Shown here: piece by piece, positions 39,117 through 49,811 of the stretch
Position numbering within the stretch: the stretch's first letter is position 1
Layout of the letters: each line of letters begins with the position of its first letter
Origin: Candidatus Bathyarchaeia archaeon
GTDB lineage: Archaea > Thermoproteota > Bathyarchaeia > Bathyarchaeales > Bathycorpusculaceae
Length of the DNA stretch: 64,000 nucleotides
NCBI GenBank assembly: GCA_049512935.1
Contig: JBEKWR010000006.1
Coordinates: 32,001 to 96,000, forward strand
Reading direction: 5' to 3'
Translations under genes and position numbers: made by a program
Notes under the pieces: model-generated
The model's input: only the letters and a program-made list of their open reading frames with translations
What the model was told of the DNA's origin: nothing
Database searches by the model: none

Positions 39117-40107
39117 TTTTCGAGTCGGCGTCCAAGTACATTTGAGCGCAGCAGTAAGAAGAAAACGAAGTCGTCCAACCCTTGCATTCGGCGTATTTTA
39201 CCGCTTCCTCGCTGGGGAAAGCAACGGCGTCCACCCCGGCTTTCAACGCTAAAACGTCTCCTTCACTGCGAGCTGCGCCTTTGGGTCTCATGCAGCCCAG
39301 AATCAGCGGCGTCTCTGGAAACATCAAACGCGTGACAGCAGCGACTTTGGCTACGTCCGCTGGCGTGGGCGGCGGCGTTTTTTCCATGGCTGTACCGCGT
39401 ATAGGCATGAACGCTATTATCACCAGCGCGGAGGGCTTAACGCTTCTGATCATCTTGAGAGCTTCGAGTTCGCCGTCCAGTTTGCCGTCGTTTAACCCGA
39501 CGATTACGTGGGGCACAAAGTTGCAGCCTGACTTTTCCAAAGCTTCAAGCGAGTCAGCGTAGTCTTGCGGCGTAACATTGAGGTTGAGGGCTTTTCTTAT
39601 TGTTTCAGCGGAGCCGATAACGTCAATTAACGCCGCGTCGACCCCAGCCTTTTTGAGCGCAACGGCACTTTCAAGCGTTACGATTCCTGTGTGAACGAAA
39701 ACTGTCAAGCCGAGCTCCCGCTTAACCCGCTCAAGCGCAGGCGCGAAGCCGTTGAGGGGCACTGAACCGTCAGGCAAGCATCCGCCGCTGACAAGGCAGC
39801 CCACAGCGCCAGCCCTCTTAAGCCTTGAGCATAACTCAAAAAGTTCCTCGGATGAAAGCGCGGGATGCATGGTTTCAAGGACTTTGCCGCCGCAGTGCTT
39901 GCAGTTTAAAGCGCAGAATGTGCCTGTGACAGAAACGGTTGGAAAACTCGTCGGTGATGAACGGTAGTGCTTTGTCTTGTAGTAGGTGAAGCTGGGCGCG
40001 TAGAAACGGATTTGTTTTGGTTTAGGCGTGAAAAAGCCTGAGTCCAGCAGGCTTAACAGTTCTTTTGGGTTTAGTCTCCAGATAACTTCGGGGGTTGGTT
40101 GTGGCAT
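39106..40107 (-). CDS. Radical SAM protein (biotin-synthase-related)
   Basis: CALNCKHC, LVSGGC, VPHV..GL, LGCMRP. Confidence 0.85.
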   Translation of the reverse strand: MPQPTPEVIWRLNPKELLSLLDSGFFTPKPKQIRFYAPSFTYYKTKHYRSSPTSFPTVSVTGTFCALNCKHCGGKVLETMHPALSSEELFELCSRLKRAGAVGCLVSGGCLPDGSVPLNGFAPALERVKRELGLTVFVHTGIVTLESAVALKKAGVDAALIDVIGSAETIRKALNLNVTPQDYADSLEALEKSGCNFVPHVIVGLNDGKLDGELEALKMIRSVKPSALVIIAFMPIRGTAMEKTPPPTPADVAKVAAVTRLMFPETPLILGCMRPKGAARSEGDVLALKAGVDAVAFPSEEAVKYAECKGWTTSFSSYCCAQMYLDADSKTKK

Positions 40108-40175
40108 GCTTTTCAGTGTAAGAGTCCTGTTTCCCCGCTTAATAGCTTAATGTCTTGTGTTCGCTTTTGTCGGTT

Positions 40176-40556
40176 TTATTCGATGTGCCAGCGTTTCGCA
40201 GACTTCACGATTAAGAATACGATGAAGGCAACTATTAGGAATGTGATCAATGCAACCAAGAAGTCGCCGATGCCGAAGGTTTGTTTCGTGACTGTCACTG
40301 CGTATGTTGACAGGTTGTTTAATCCTGGGATAGCCAAGCCTATCGCCGGCATAACGAAGTCTTTGACGAGCGCTTGAACCAACCCGCCTAGATATAGCGC
40401 TAAGACGAAAGCGACGGCTAAGCCTAACACCTTGTATTTTGACAGGAAATCTTTAAACTCGTTCCACAAGCCCATTGGAGGCTGAGCAGGCGGAGCTTTC
40501 TCCACTGCTTCCCTAATTTTTTTTAACTCTGCAAGAATTTCATCGTCAGTTGTCAA
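40176..40556 (-). CDS. mscL: Large-conductance mechanosensitive channel
   Basis: EFKDFL...VLGLAVAF...LVKDFVMP, GDFL. Confidence 0.85.
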   Translation of the reverse strand: MTTDDEILAELKKIREAVEKAPPAQPPMGLWNEFKDFLSKYKVLGLAVAFVLALYLGGLVQALVKDFVMPAIGLAIPGLNNLSTYAVTVTKQTFGIGDFLVALITFLIVAFIVFLIVKSAKRWHIE

Positions 40557-40726
40557 ATTTAAGACCCCTATTCTGATTATTTGTAGATTTAGATTTTAAG
40601 TTTGCGGTTGCCTATCAGCTTTGAACTTTCAGAGTCTGCCCTTGCTCGCTTACTACCAAAATATAAATATCAAGCCGCAGATATTGATTTGAAATGACAC
40701 TTCTAAAGATTTTTTTAGGTTAAATT

Positions 40727-41875
40727 ATGAACCGAAAAGAGCTTGTTAAGTTATTTAAGGATTCATTTAAAGGGTGGTTGGGGCACGGCGCGCCTATACG
40801 GGCAGCTGCCTTGACATTCTTCATTATCCTGCCGTTGCCGTCGCTCTTGCTGATTGCAGTGACTTTTTTTGCGCAGATCTACGGTCAAGGCGCCGCAACC
40901 CAGTATTTGATTCAGCAAATAAGCTCGATTGCAGGACCAGTCGTCGCACAACTATTCAAGGAACTGCTTGCAAGCGCGACGTCGCCTTTCGCAACAGTTT
41001 GGTCAGCCATCACGGCGGTGGGGTTTTCTTTGGCTGGAGGAATCGGTGCCTTCGCGATTTTGAGAGATTCGATGAATGTGATTTGGGAAGTTGAGTTGCC
41101 TAAAACCAAAAAGTTAGCGGTTAGAATTAGGCAAACGATCGGGCCTTTTCTGCTTGTCTCGTCTCTTGGGCTCATCGTTATTGCGGGAACAACCATATCG
41201 ACCGCGGTGTTCAGCGCGATAAAACTCTACTCCATAAATAAAGTCTTAACGCTGATTTCCCTTACGGCAGCACAGATTGTATTGTCGTTCGGTTTGTCAG
41301 CGGTGCTTTTCGCCATAATTTACAAGGTTCTTCCCGACCGAGAAGTACACTGGAGAGACGTGGCGTTTCCAGCGATGATGGCGGGCGTCGCATTCACCGT
41401 AACCAACTACATTCTCGGCACTTACATCCAGACCTTCACAATAACAACCATCATCGGAGCAGCAGGATCTCTAATTATCATCTTGATTTGGATCTACATT
41501 CTAAACCAAATCGTGCTTTTCGGAGCCGAACTTTCAAAAGTTTACGCCACGACATACGGTCCGCACCCGTCAGAACACGTTATAACAGCGACAGAAAAAA
41601 TATTTGATCCTTTGGAGAAGGCTGGAGAAAAAATAGAAGACGCGGTGCTGGGACCTTTGGCTGAATCACCCGAAAAACCAGCCGAGAAAGCCGAGACGCA
41701 ACCCGCCGAAAAACCTGAAGTTCAAGTTGACAAAAAAGAAGAAACGGCTAAAACCGAGGCTTCGCCAGTTGAAAAGAAGCAAAAAGAGGCAGAACCCGAA
41801 AATCTTGATGAGGGCGTGGTGGAAGTCAGCGTTAAAATCAAGCCGCCTCGAAAGAAACGTGAAAGCGAAGAGTAG
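40727..41875 (+). CDS. YihY/BrkB family membrane protein
   Basis: AAALTFF, IYKVLP, GSLIIILIWIY...FGAE. Confidence 0.9.
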   Translation: MNRKELVKLFKDSFKGWLGHGAPIRAAALTFFIILPLPSLLLIAVTFFAQIYGQGAATQYLIQQISSIAGPVVAQLFKELLASATSPFATVWSAITAVGFSLAGGIGAFAILRDSMNVIWEVELPKTKKLAVRIRQTIGPFLLVSSLGLIVIAGTTISTAVFSAIKLYSINKVLTLISLTAAQIVLSFGLSAVLFAIIYKVLPDREVHWRDVAFPAMMAGVAFTVTNYILGTYIQTFTITTIIGAAGSLIIILIWIYILNQIVLFGAELSKVYATTYGPHPSEHVITATEKIFDPLEKAGEKIEDAVLGPLAESPEKPAEKAETQPAEKPEVQVDKKEETAKTEASPVEKKQKEAEPENLDEGVVEVSVKIKPPRKKRESEE

Positions 41876-41876
41876 A

Positions 41877-41954
41877 TGGTGGGCCGAGGCGGATTTGAAC
41901 TGCCGACCTTTCGATTATCAGTCGAACGCTCCAGCCGTGCTGAGCTACCGGCCC
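41877..41954 (-). tRNA. tRNA-Ile(GAT)
   Basis: Cloverleaf, CUGAUAA loop, encoded CCA. Confidence 0.95.
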
Positions 41955-42051
41955 ACCGAATAGAGCACTGAAGTTAAATATTATGTTGGTTTATAAGAAT
42001 TGCCGTAAATCTTTTAATGCAACTCCATTATTGAGTTGTTAGGTCAGGTTT

Positions 42052-42130
42052 GGGCTCGTAGCCTAGCACGGATTAAGGTGTCGGCCTTCGGAGCCGGAGA
42101 TCGTGGGTTCAAATCCCACCGGGCCCGCCA
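42052..42130 (+). tRNA. tRNA-Arg(TCG)
   Basis: Cloverleaf, CUUCGGA loop, encoded CCA. Confidence 0.95.
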
Positions 42131-42334
42131 ATGATTTCTCCAGCTGTCAATTTCTGTTTTTTCGAGAGAGTGAATGCACTTAATTCCGTAATGTTTTTTT
42201 GGGGGGCTCGCGTCATCGACGCGTTTTGGCTTTTCTACGATTGATTTAATTTTGTTCGGTGTTTGTTTTAGCTATGTTTAGCTGTTGATTTAGCGGTTTT
42301 ATAAAGTGATGCAAGGACACGCTTTGAACAGTGG

Positions 42335-43735
42335 TTGGCTGCGAGGTGCCGAATGCTCTGCACTTTATCGCCCGCCAGAGCGGTAGTCCGCGTGTCTGAC
42401 AAGCACATCGTAGAAAAACTAAGCGAAAATTATCCCTTGTTAAGCATCATAGTCGGAGCTGTGCTCGTTTCGGCTTCGGTAGGTCCCTACCAAAACGGCG
42501 ACACTCAATGGGAGTTCGAAGCCGCCTCGGGTGTGCTCAGGTGGGGCATGCCCTACGTTAACAGCTTCGGAAACCTCATGAATCAGCCGCCTCTGGGCTT
42601 CTACACTGAAGCGCTCTTCTTCAAAGCGTTCGGCTTGTCAATCACCACGGGCACGGTGCTGATAGGGCTGTTCGGGCTCGGCTGCATCGTCCTAGTTTAC
42701 AAAATCGGCGAGGCATGGTACGGCAAAACGACGGGTCTGCTGGCTGCCGCGCTTTTCGCGTTTACGCCGTGGGAGCTCGTCCTGTCAAGAAGCTTCCTTA
42801 TCGATACGCAGTGCCTGTTTTTCAGCCTGCTTTATTTGTTCGTGGGAACCGTTGCCGTTCGCAGAGGCTCATTTAAGCTTTTTATGGTTTCTGGGGCTCT
42901 TTTCGCCGCTGCCTTTCTAACGAAGGCATACGCGGTTTTTGCGTTGATTCCGCTGTTGCTGATGCTTGTTCATTATCGACCAAAAAGCATAGGGCGCGCG
43001 TTTGGCTGGCTGGCTGCGTTTTTCTTGCCTGCTATCTTGTCTTCTTTTTTATGGTATCAAGTTGTTTCCGGGCAAGGAATGCTGGCAGCCCTCTTTCAAG
43101 GCGGCGTCGTGACCCATAACGTCAGCGGAGTTGTTCCCACACCATTTTTTGTCGCCAATTTTCTGGAAAATTACGGGCTGGGCTGGTTTTTCCTTGATGC
43201 CGCAGTCTTGTCTTTGCTTGTTTGCGTTGTGTACAGAAAATTCCGAGGGACGCTTTTTTCCGATTTAACCTGCTTGGTAACCATTCTGGCTGTATTGGGC
43301 GTCAACACTTTTTTGGGGGCTGCTCTTAACCTTAAATCGCCCTACCTTGACTCCGTCAAATTTGACTATCAGACTTTGCCGTTCTTTTGCCTGTTGGCGG
43401 CGTCACTAGCCCCCAAGAGCCTTTCAATGCTTAAGTCAGCAAAACTAGACTTGAACCTGAAAAAGCTCAAATTCTCCGTCGGCTTGCTCGGGTTAACGTT
43501 GCTTGCCGCTTCGCTGGCTTTCAACTTCCTTTACATCCACAACTTGTCAACAGCTAACTACTTGCTTTTCAGAGTGGAGCCAAACGTCAACTTGGGCTAC
43601 TCCCTTTTTGACCCCAAATCTCAAAGCGCGCTCAGTCTCCTAACGGTTACGCAATACTTAGGGTTTGCAATCGCGCTTTCTGGACTCGGTTGGGCAGGCA
43701 GAAAAAAACTCCCGTTGCATCCAAGGCAACTTTGA
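42335..43735 (+). CDS. GT-C (ArnT/PMT-like) membrane glycosyltransferase
   Basis: QPPL, multi-TM, AFLTK; start uncertain (GTG 42392 possible). Confidence 0.8.
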   Translation: MAARCRMLCTLSPARAVVRVSDKHIVEKLSENYPLLSIIVGAVLVSASVGPYQNGDTQWEFEAASGVLRWGMPYVNSFGNLMNQPPLGFYTEALFFKAFGLSITTGTVLIGLFGLGCIVLVYKIGEAWYGKTTGLLAAALFAFTPWELVLSRSFLIDTQCLFFSLLYLFVGTVAVRRGSFKLFMVSGALFAAAFLTKAYAVFALIPLLLMLVHYRPKSIGRAFGWLAAFFLPAILSSFLWYQVVSGQGMLAALFQGGVVTHNVSGVVPTPFFVANFLENYGLGWFFLDAAVLSLLVCVVYRKFRGTLFSDLTCLVTILAVLGVNTFLGAALNLKSPYLDSVKFDYQTLPFFCLLAASLAPKSLSMLKSAKLDLNLKKLKFSVGLLGLTLLAASLAFNFLYIHNLSTANYLLFRVEPNVNLGYSLFDPKSQSALSLLTVTQYLGFAIALSGLGWAGRKKLPLHPRQL

Positions 43736-43872
43736 CAAATGGTTTCGATTTGAACAAAACAAGAAAAACTAAAGCTAAAAGACAACAAGAACGTGTCTTC
43801 TTTTCAAAAAAAGGTTCAACAAAAAACTAATTGGGGTTTTGTGAGTTTAGGTTGAGCTTGTTGCGGATTAGC

Positions 43873-43998
43873 TTATAGCCCGTCTACTAGATGGGCTGTT
43901 CCGTCTGGGCAGTAAACACAGCTGCCTTTTTCAACGATGCAGTAGCGTCTGTTGCACTCTTTCATTTGCGAGCATCCGTCGCAGTCTCTTGACAACAT
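43873..43998 (-). CDS. 41-aa Cys-rich microprotein
   Basis: MLSRDCDGCSQMKECNRRYCIVEKGSCVYCPDGTAHLVDGL; SD GGAGG 7 nt upstream. Confidence 0.7.
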   Translation of the reverse strand: MLSRDCDGCSQMKECNRRYCIVEKGSCVYCPDGTAHLVDGL

Positions 43999-44580
43999 TT
44001 CTTTTCCTCCTACGAGTTATCGTGATTTTTATGATTTTTTGGCAGAGGCGCGCTTGCGCATGTTGCAAACTGGCATCCCGCGGATTCGCAGGGTGAGCCT
44101 TTTGCCTCTGATAGAGCCAAGCAGAAGATGGAAAGCCGCTTTTAAAGGTGTTGCAATGGTTGAAGCAAACTCTAAGGGGAAAGTCTTTGGAAACCCTTTC
44201 CCCAAATCTGGCTGGCGCCTTTGCTCTTCAAGCAACTTTTAACCATTTTAGCTTTTAAATCAATTCTTATATAGCCCCAGATGCAGAAACCTAGTGAGGA
44301 GTATGAAGGAGAAAGTTTGGCTTAACGTGACCGCTCCAGCCAGCTAAAAAACAAAACGCTGAAAAGCCCGAGGGAACCACGGGGTGCAATCTTTACCCTT
44401 CAGAAAGCTGCTCCAAAAGGATAGAACAGCATCCGCTATTCTCTCCAACGCATTTCTCATCGACCCAGCAACACCCAAGTGTTCGCTTGTAAACGACGTT
44501 AAATCGCAGACCTTAGTGCTTAGCGGATTGCCAACGGCTCGTTGCGGGTCGGCGAACGTTACCCGCAGGAGGATTAAACT

Positions 44581-46209
44581 GTGAAGAAACTTTTCTGGCT
44601 GCTTTACGTTCTTGTTCCGCTAGCGGTCGCCCTCGGCTTAAGGCTTTACCCTACCCTAACGACGGGGATGCCGTTCTCAACCGACGGGTGGCCGATTATA
44701 AGAAACACCGAGCTCATCATAAAAAACACGCCTGTGCCCTTGAACAGCAACATCTTCGACGGCTACGACAACTTCATGCCTGCAAGCAGCCTTTTTTCAG
44801 CGATCCTCTCTGAAGTGACAGGCGTAGCGCCGATGAACGTCACGGCCCTTGCCATGCCAATAGTCGGCGCCCTTGCCATCCCGATTTTCTACGTCTTAGT
44901 CAACAGAATAACAAGAAACGCCTCCGTTTCCCTCGTAGCCTCAATCCTGCTGGCAACCGCTTTCCCCTGCACCATGTTCACGGCAGGAGTCACGAAGGAA
45001 ACCTACGCCAGCCCACTCTACATTTTGCTGATCCTACTGTTCCTCCTCAAACACGACTGGAAAACAACCGTCCTGTTCTTAACGGTCTCAGCCGCGCTGG
45101 TGTTGTCCCATCAAGTGACAGCCTTCTTAACGTTAGCTGTGTTAACCCTGCTTTCAGTGGGCTTTTGCGTCAGCAGAGCCGACGCGGAGCCAAAGCGCAA
45201 CTCGAACAAATCAAACTTTTTGTACGTGGGTATCCTGTCGACCGTCGCGGGGCTCTACTTTGGGCTCTACGCGAATGCGGCGCTGATCGTTACAGTGACG
45301 CCGAGCGACCTGCTTACGTTAGGCGCCTACGTTATCCTCATAACCGCCGCAACCCTGTATCTGCTGCTGAAACCAGTCAAGCCCGCCAAAACACACGTAA
45401 CCGCCCTTCTCAAATACGCTGTAAGCTTCCTAGTGCCAGCAGGCATCGTGTTTCTGTCAACAAGAATCCCGCTGGTGCCTGGAGCCCCCAAGCTGCCTCT
45501 GCATTATTTCGTTTACGCCACGCCCTTCCTGATTGCGGGACCCTTAATCGTGTACGGGCTAAGCGGGTTGCGGAAAAACAATTTTTCTCTGCTGATTCCA
45601 GTTTTGTGGTTCACAGCCATACTTAGCCCCGCAGTTTACTTGGTTTTCGCCGATGTCCCAAGCGAAACAGTATCGGTCTACAGGTTCCTCGATTTTCTGT
45701 TGCCGCCGATGATAATTCTTATGGCAGCAAGCTTGGGCAAAGTGTACAACTCTAAACCGAGGCGTTTCCATACGGATAAAATCGCGAAGTTTGCTGCTGT
45801 CGCCTTAATTGCAATCATAACTGCCACCAGCACGTTCAGCTTGTATGCCGCTGTCTCTTTGCAGGAGCCTTACCTTGGCTACTTCTGGAGCTACCAGCCC
45901 TCGGAGTACGCTGCGTCCAGCTGGATTGCCCAGAGATGCGGTAATCAAACGGTGACGGGAGACGCGAAAACCCAGTATCTTTTAAGCGGCTACTTTAACG
46001 TGAAAGTCAGCGTGTGGCCAGGTTTGGACTTCTTGGCTGGAAACGGCAGAGACCCGAGCATCCTGTACGTTTACAACGAAATGAAAACGAACGGGTACGT
46101 TCTCTACGGCGGAACCGTTGCGCCCTTGCCTGAAAACTGGACAGATAAACTCACAGACCTCAATGTAGTCTACACAAACAATGAAGTAACTATCTATTTG
46201 GCGCGGTGA
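44581..46209 (+). CDS. Polytopic membrane protein, GT-C-like
   Basis: More than 10 TM helices, N-terminal D-containing loop, soluble C-terminal domain. Confidence 0.65.
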   Translation: MKKLFWLLYVLVPLAVALGLRLYPTLTTGMPFSTDGWPIIRNTELIIKNTPVPLNSNIFDGYDNFMPASSLFSAILSEVTGVAPMNVTALAMPIVGALAIPIFYVLVNRITRNASVSLVASILLATAFPCTMFTAGVTKETYASPLYILLILLFLLKHDWKTTVLFLTVSAALVLSHQVTAFLTLAVLTLLSVGFCVSRADAEPKRNSNKSNFLYVGILSTVAGLYFGLYANAALIVTVTPSDLLTLGAYVILITAATLYLLLKPVKPAKTHVTALLKYAVSFLVPAGIVFLSTRIPLVPGAPKLPLHYFVYATPFLIAGPLIVYGLSGLRKNNFSLLIPVLWFTAILSPAVYLVFADVPSETVSVYRFLDFLLPPMIILMAASLGKVYNSKPRRFHTDKIAKFAAVALIAIITATSTFSLYAAVSLQEPYLGYFWSYQPSEYAASSWIAQRCGNQTVTGDAKTQYLLSGYFNVKVSVWPGLDFLAGNGRDPSILYVYNEMKTNGYVLYGGTVAPLPENWTDKLTDLNVVYTNNEVTIYLAR

Positions 46210-46232
46210 ACGAGGCGTTTCCAGAGAAGTTT

Positions 46233-46862
46233 TTACTCGTCTTCTTCTTCCGCTGGCTCTTCCTGCGGTTCAGCGGTCTCCGCCTTTTGCGCTTCACTTG
46301 ACAGCAACATGTTGATCAGCGCTTTCTGGTCGACTTCCGCCCCCGTACGCCAATCAAGATACAGTTGCCCATTGTCGTCTTGCCCAAGGTAGCCGTAGCG
46401 TATGTAACGGTCGATGTTTAAGCCGATTTTCCAGTTAGGCATTTTTTCGCCGAGAAGTTTTTCAACGTCTTTCCGAGACGCCTGCCCCTTCTTGCTGATG
46501 ATGTACGAGATCGTTATGGCTAAGCCTGCCAGGTCGTCGATGCGCCAGCCGATCAACTTGTCTTTAGTCTGCAGGCCGCCGCGCAGCGCCACGTAGAATC
46601 TTGCCTTGTCCAGCTCCTCCAGCGTCGGCTTCTCAGGCGGTTTTTCCTCTTCGAAAACGGTTTTAACCTGCAGGTCGAGCGGTTTCAGGTAATCGTCAAG
46701 CAAGTCAAGCACTTTAGGGTAGTCTGAGCCTAACGCTTTATGCAGCTCGGAACCTCTTACGCCCGGCTTCTGATGCCTCTTATAGAAAAGCATCTGCGTT
46801 GCCTTCTTGATTTTGCCGCCGTAAACGCCTCTCTTGCTCAATCCCGCTCGCCTCTTTTCCAT
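46233..46862 (-). CDS. Tandem winged-helix (KITE/ScpB/Nse-like) protein
   Basis: Operonic with SMC; IDRYIRYGYL...LYLDWR...E. Confidence 0.55.
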   Translation of the reverse strand: MEKRRAGLSKRGVYGGKIKKATQMLFYKRHQKPGVRGSELHKALGSDYPKVLDLLDDYLKPLDLQVKTVFEEEKPPEKPTLEELDKARFYVALRGGLQTKDKLIGWRIDDLAGLAITISYIISKKGQASRKDVEKLLGEKMPNWKIGLNIDRYIRYGYLGQDDNGQLYLDWRTGAEVDQKALINMLLSSEAQKAETAEPQEEPAEEEDE

Positions 46863-47674
46863 TTCTGCCAGTCTTCACATGAAACGGCGATGGGCACCGA
46901 CGTCGATTGCTGCGTCAAAAGTTCCGTTCTCTGGCGCTCGAACGGCTTTATCAAAACAAGCTCTTCCAAAGTGTCAATCTCCAAGGTCGCGTAACCGTAA
47001 GTGATTAAGAAGCTGGTTAAGAAGGCTCTTTGAACCGTCTGCTCGTAAGTGTCTGCCCCGATGAAGTCCCAGTAGTCGATTTTACCGTCCTGCCCCTTCG
47101 CGGCTGCGCAGTCTTTGAGTTCCTGCCAGTAACAGCTGAGCTCCTCCGAGAATTCCCTGTCGCTTAGGATGCGCTGCTTAATCAACTCGTCCCTGCTTGC
47201 GTAGCTGTTTGAAACTTCCGCGGCTTCGAAGTTTTTCCACCTGTCAACGATGGGCGACAAATTTTCCCAGTAGAGCAGCCCCTGCGCCAAAGTGTTCAGG
47301 CTGACTTGTTCAAACTCAACCAGCGGGTTCCAAGCGCGAAGGAAGAGGTCAACCATTTCCTCCTTGCCGAGCTTCATGATTTTCTCCTCCAGAAGAAACG
47401 GGTCGGTGTAGAGGGCGGTTGAACGCTGCTTTACCCATTCGCTCTGCATCTTGATGACCGTGGCTAAATGATGCAGTGTTTCAGCGTCAAGCTTTAACTC
47501 TTCAGGGTTCTGCCACTGCGGAAAATACTCCTTAATCACCTGGATGATTTCGTCAACGTCCAGCATGAAAGGCTCAACCGAGCGGTTTTCAATGGCGACG
47601 CACATCTCAATTACGCGTTCAAGCCTTTCCCTTCCCAGAACCTTAGAAGCCTTCGCCTTCTTCGCCTTCTGCAT
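46838..47674 (-). CDS. Kleisin (ScpA-like) protein
   Basis: N-terminal VEPFMLDV and C-terminal VQRAFLTSFLITYG resemble kleisin ends; coupled to SMC. Confidence 0.55.
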   Translation of the reverse strand: MQKAKKAKASKVLGRERLERVIEMCVAIENRSVEPFMLDVDEIIQVIKEYFPQWQNPEELKLDAETLHHLATVIKMQSEWVKQRSTALYTDPFLLEEKIMKLGKEEMVDLFLRAWNPLVEFEQVSLNTLAQGLLYWENLSPIVDRWKNFEAAEVSNSYASRDELIKQRILSDREFSEELSCYWQELKDCAAAKGQDGKIDYWDFIGADTYEQTVQRAFLTSFLITYGYATLEIDTLEELVLIKPFERQRTELLTQQSTSVPIAVSCEDWQKWKRGERD

Positions 47675-49599
47675 TAGCCAATTACCTCGCGGACAACTGA
47701 TTTTCCTTCTATGTTCTGAACCGTAATCACGTTGGCGTCCTGCTGGGCGAAAGTAATTTGGCTCGGCGTAATCACCACGTACTGGGCGTTCGCGTCTTTG
47801 ATTGTTGCAAGAAGGATTTTGGCGATCATTTCACGGTTCTTCGGATCCATGTGAATGTCATACTCGTCCACAGCGCGGAAAGGCGACCGTACATGCTGCT
47901 GCAAGGCGAGAAGAAAACTCATGGTTGCGGTGGTTCGTTCGCCGCCGCTTTGGGTATAAGCGTCAAGAGCAATGGGTTTCCCGCCTTTGAACCCCACCAT
48001 GATTTCTAAGCCTGCGGCTTCAATGTCCTGACCGTTAGACAACTGCACTACGCCTGTCGCCGACGTCTGAGTCATTATTCGCTGGTACTCCACGTTTACC
48101 CTTTCAAGAAGGTTCTCCATCACTGTGCGCCATGACTGCATCCGCGTCTTCACTTCTGCAAGCGTCTTCTCACGGTTTTCAGCCACAAGCTGCACCTTTT
48201 CTTTGAGTTCCAAGTAAAGTTTCGAGTACGATTCGTACTGGCGTTCAATGTCCTCTGAAACGTCGGCAAGCGCCGCCAGATGCCCGTCGGTTAGGCGGAT
48301 TTCGTCTTGGATGTCGCCTGCGCTTTTGACGGCTACTATTCGTTCACCTGACTCCTGCGCCTTTTGAACCGCCAAGCTCAAGCTTTCATCGGCTTCCTTC
48401 AGCGACTTTTCGATGTCCTTCAGGTTCACGATGGCGTTGGCGCGTTTAAACTCCAGAAGCGCAAGCTTCACCCGCTGCTCTAACAGTTCATCCGACACTT
48501 TTCCAGCCGACCCTTCCAGACTAGCCATTTCCGCCTGGTTCAGCTTAACCCGCTCGTAAGCGCTGGAGATTTCCAGTTCAGAATTTTTCAGCATAGCCTC
48601 CAAGTTTTCGCTTCGGAGCAGCTTTAGCTGGATTTTGCTAGCTTGGATTGTCTGCTCCACCAGCCTGGTTTCTTCAAGCAGTTGGCTGATTAGCTCCTGC
48701 GTCGATTGGTTCTGGGCGATTTCATGTTCAAGGCTTAATCGCTCATCAAAAACGGCTTTTAAGTTCCCTTTCAAGGTTGCACTCTGATTCTGCTGGCTGC
48801 TCAGCTGGCTGGTTATTTCGCGTTTTTCCTCTTCAATCCTGTTAAGTGAATCCTGGTTCTTGTTAAAGTTCGCCTGCAAACTCTTAAGCGTGCTTTCCCG
48901 TCTTTCAACCTCCGCCCAGGATAATTCCCGATTCAGAAAGCGCCTCTTGATCTGCAGCTGCTTCTTCTCCTGGTATTTGTCGTACTGTTCCCGCCAGTAA
49001 GTGAGCGTCTGCTGCGCCTGCTCCAACAGCTTGGTCACCGACTCCTCCTGGGTGAGAATTCTGGTAAGCTTGGTTTTCGCCTGCACAACGTTTTCGCGGA
49101 AAGGCTCCAAACCGACCGCCGCCTCAACCATCCGCAGTTTTTCAATGTTGCTCAGAACGGTGAACTGCTCAACCATGTTCTGATGCATGATGATGAGCAT
49201 GTTGTTAGGGTCCACGCCGAACCTGCCGAGTAGCCGTTCAACGTCCTGTTTGCTGGCAGCGCGGTTTTCAAGCTCAAACCAGTATTTGCCGTCGCGGCGC
49301 ATTACGCGGGTTAGATAAAGCTGGTCTTTAGGGTACTTTGGCACTGGACGCTTGTTGCCTTGCTTGCCGTTGTCTAAAATAAGGGTGACTCGGGCTTGAT
49401 CTTTGCCCCAACGGATTAAATCGCTCAGTTTCCTTGAGCGTTCCGTGTACGTTTGACCCAGACCGACCGATATGGCGAGCAAAAGCGAGGATTTGCCTGC
49501 GCCGTTGGGTCCGCCGATCACGTTTACGCCCTGTTTGAACGGTACCCTAGCATACTCGTAACTCATGAAATTTTCAAGTATAACTTCCTGGATTAGCAT
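47674..49599 (-). CDS. Short SMC-family ATPase, Smc5/6- or coalescin-like
   Basis: ENFMSY, GPNGAGKSS, coiled coil, QSGGER, PFRAVDEYDIHMD. Confidence 0.9.
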   Translation of the reverse strand: MLIQEVILENFMSYEYARVPFKQGVNVIGGPNGAGKSSLLLAISVGLGQTYTERSRKLSDLIRWGKDQARVTLILDNGKQGNKRPVPKYPKDQLYLTRVMRRDGKYWFELENRAASKQDVERLLGRFGVDPNNMLIIMHQNMVEQFTVLSNIEKLRMVEAAVGLEPFRENVVQAKTKLTRILTQEESVTKLLEQAQQTLTYWREQYDKYQEKKQLQIKRRFLNRELSWAEVERRESTLKSLQANFNKNQDSLNRIEEEKREITSQLSSQQNQSATLKGNLKAVFDERLSLEHEIAQNQSTQELISQLLEETRLVEQTIQASKIQLKLLRSENLEAMLKNSELEISSAYERVKLNQAEMASLEGSAGKVSDELLEQRVKLALLEFKRANAIVNLKDIEKSLKEADESLSLAVQKAQESGERIVAVKSAGDIQDEIRLTDGHLAALADVSEDIERQYESYSKLYLELKEKVQLVAENREKTLAEVKTRMQSWRTVMENLLERVNVEYQRIMTQTSATGVVQLSNGQDIEAAGLEIMVGFKGGKPIALDAYTQSGGERTTATMSFLLALQQHVRSPFRAVDEYDIHMDPKNREMIAKILLATIKDANAQYVVITPSQITFAQQDANVITVQNIEGKSVVREVIG

Positions 49600-49811
49600 T
49601 AACTTTTCTAGGCCTCTAAATTGAGCGTTCCTAACTATTGAAAACCGTGTTATTAAAACAGTTTGACACGTTAGTGCTTAATGCTTCCGTGAACCAGAAC
49701 AGGAATGAATCATCCACCAAGCTTGCCGTGGACGCAGGGTTAAGAATTTCAATGTTGTTTTTGAATTCATAAGTGACTTGTATAAGTCCTTACAATTCAT
49801 CCTCTTAAAAC

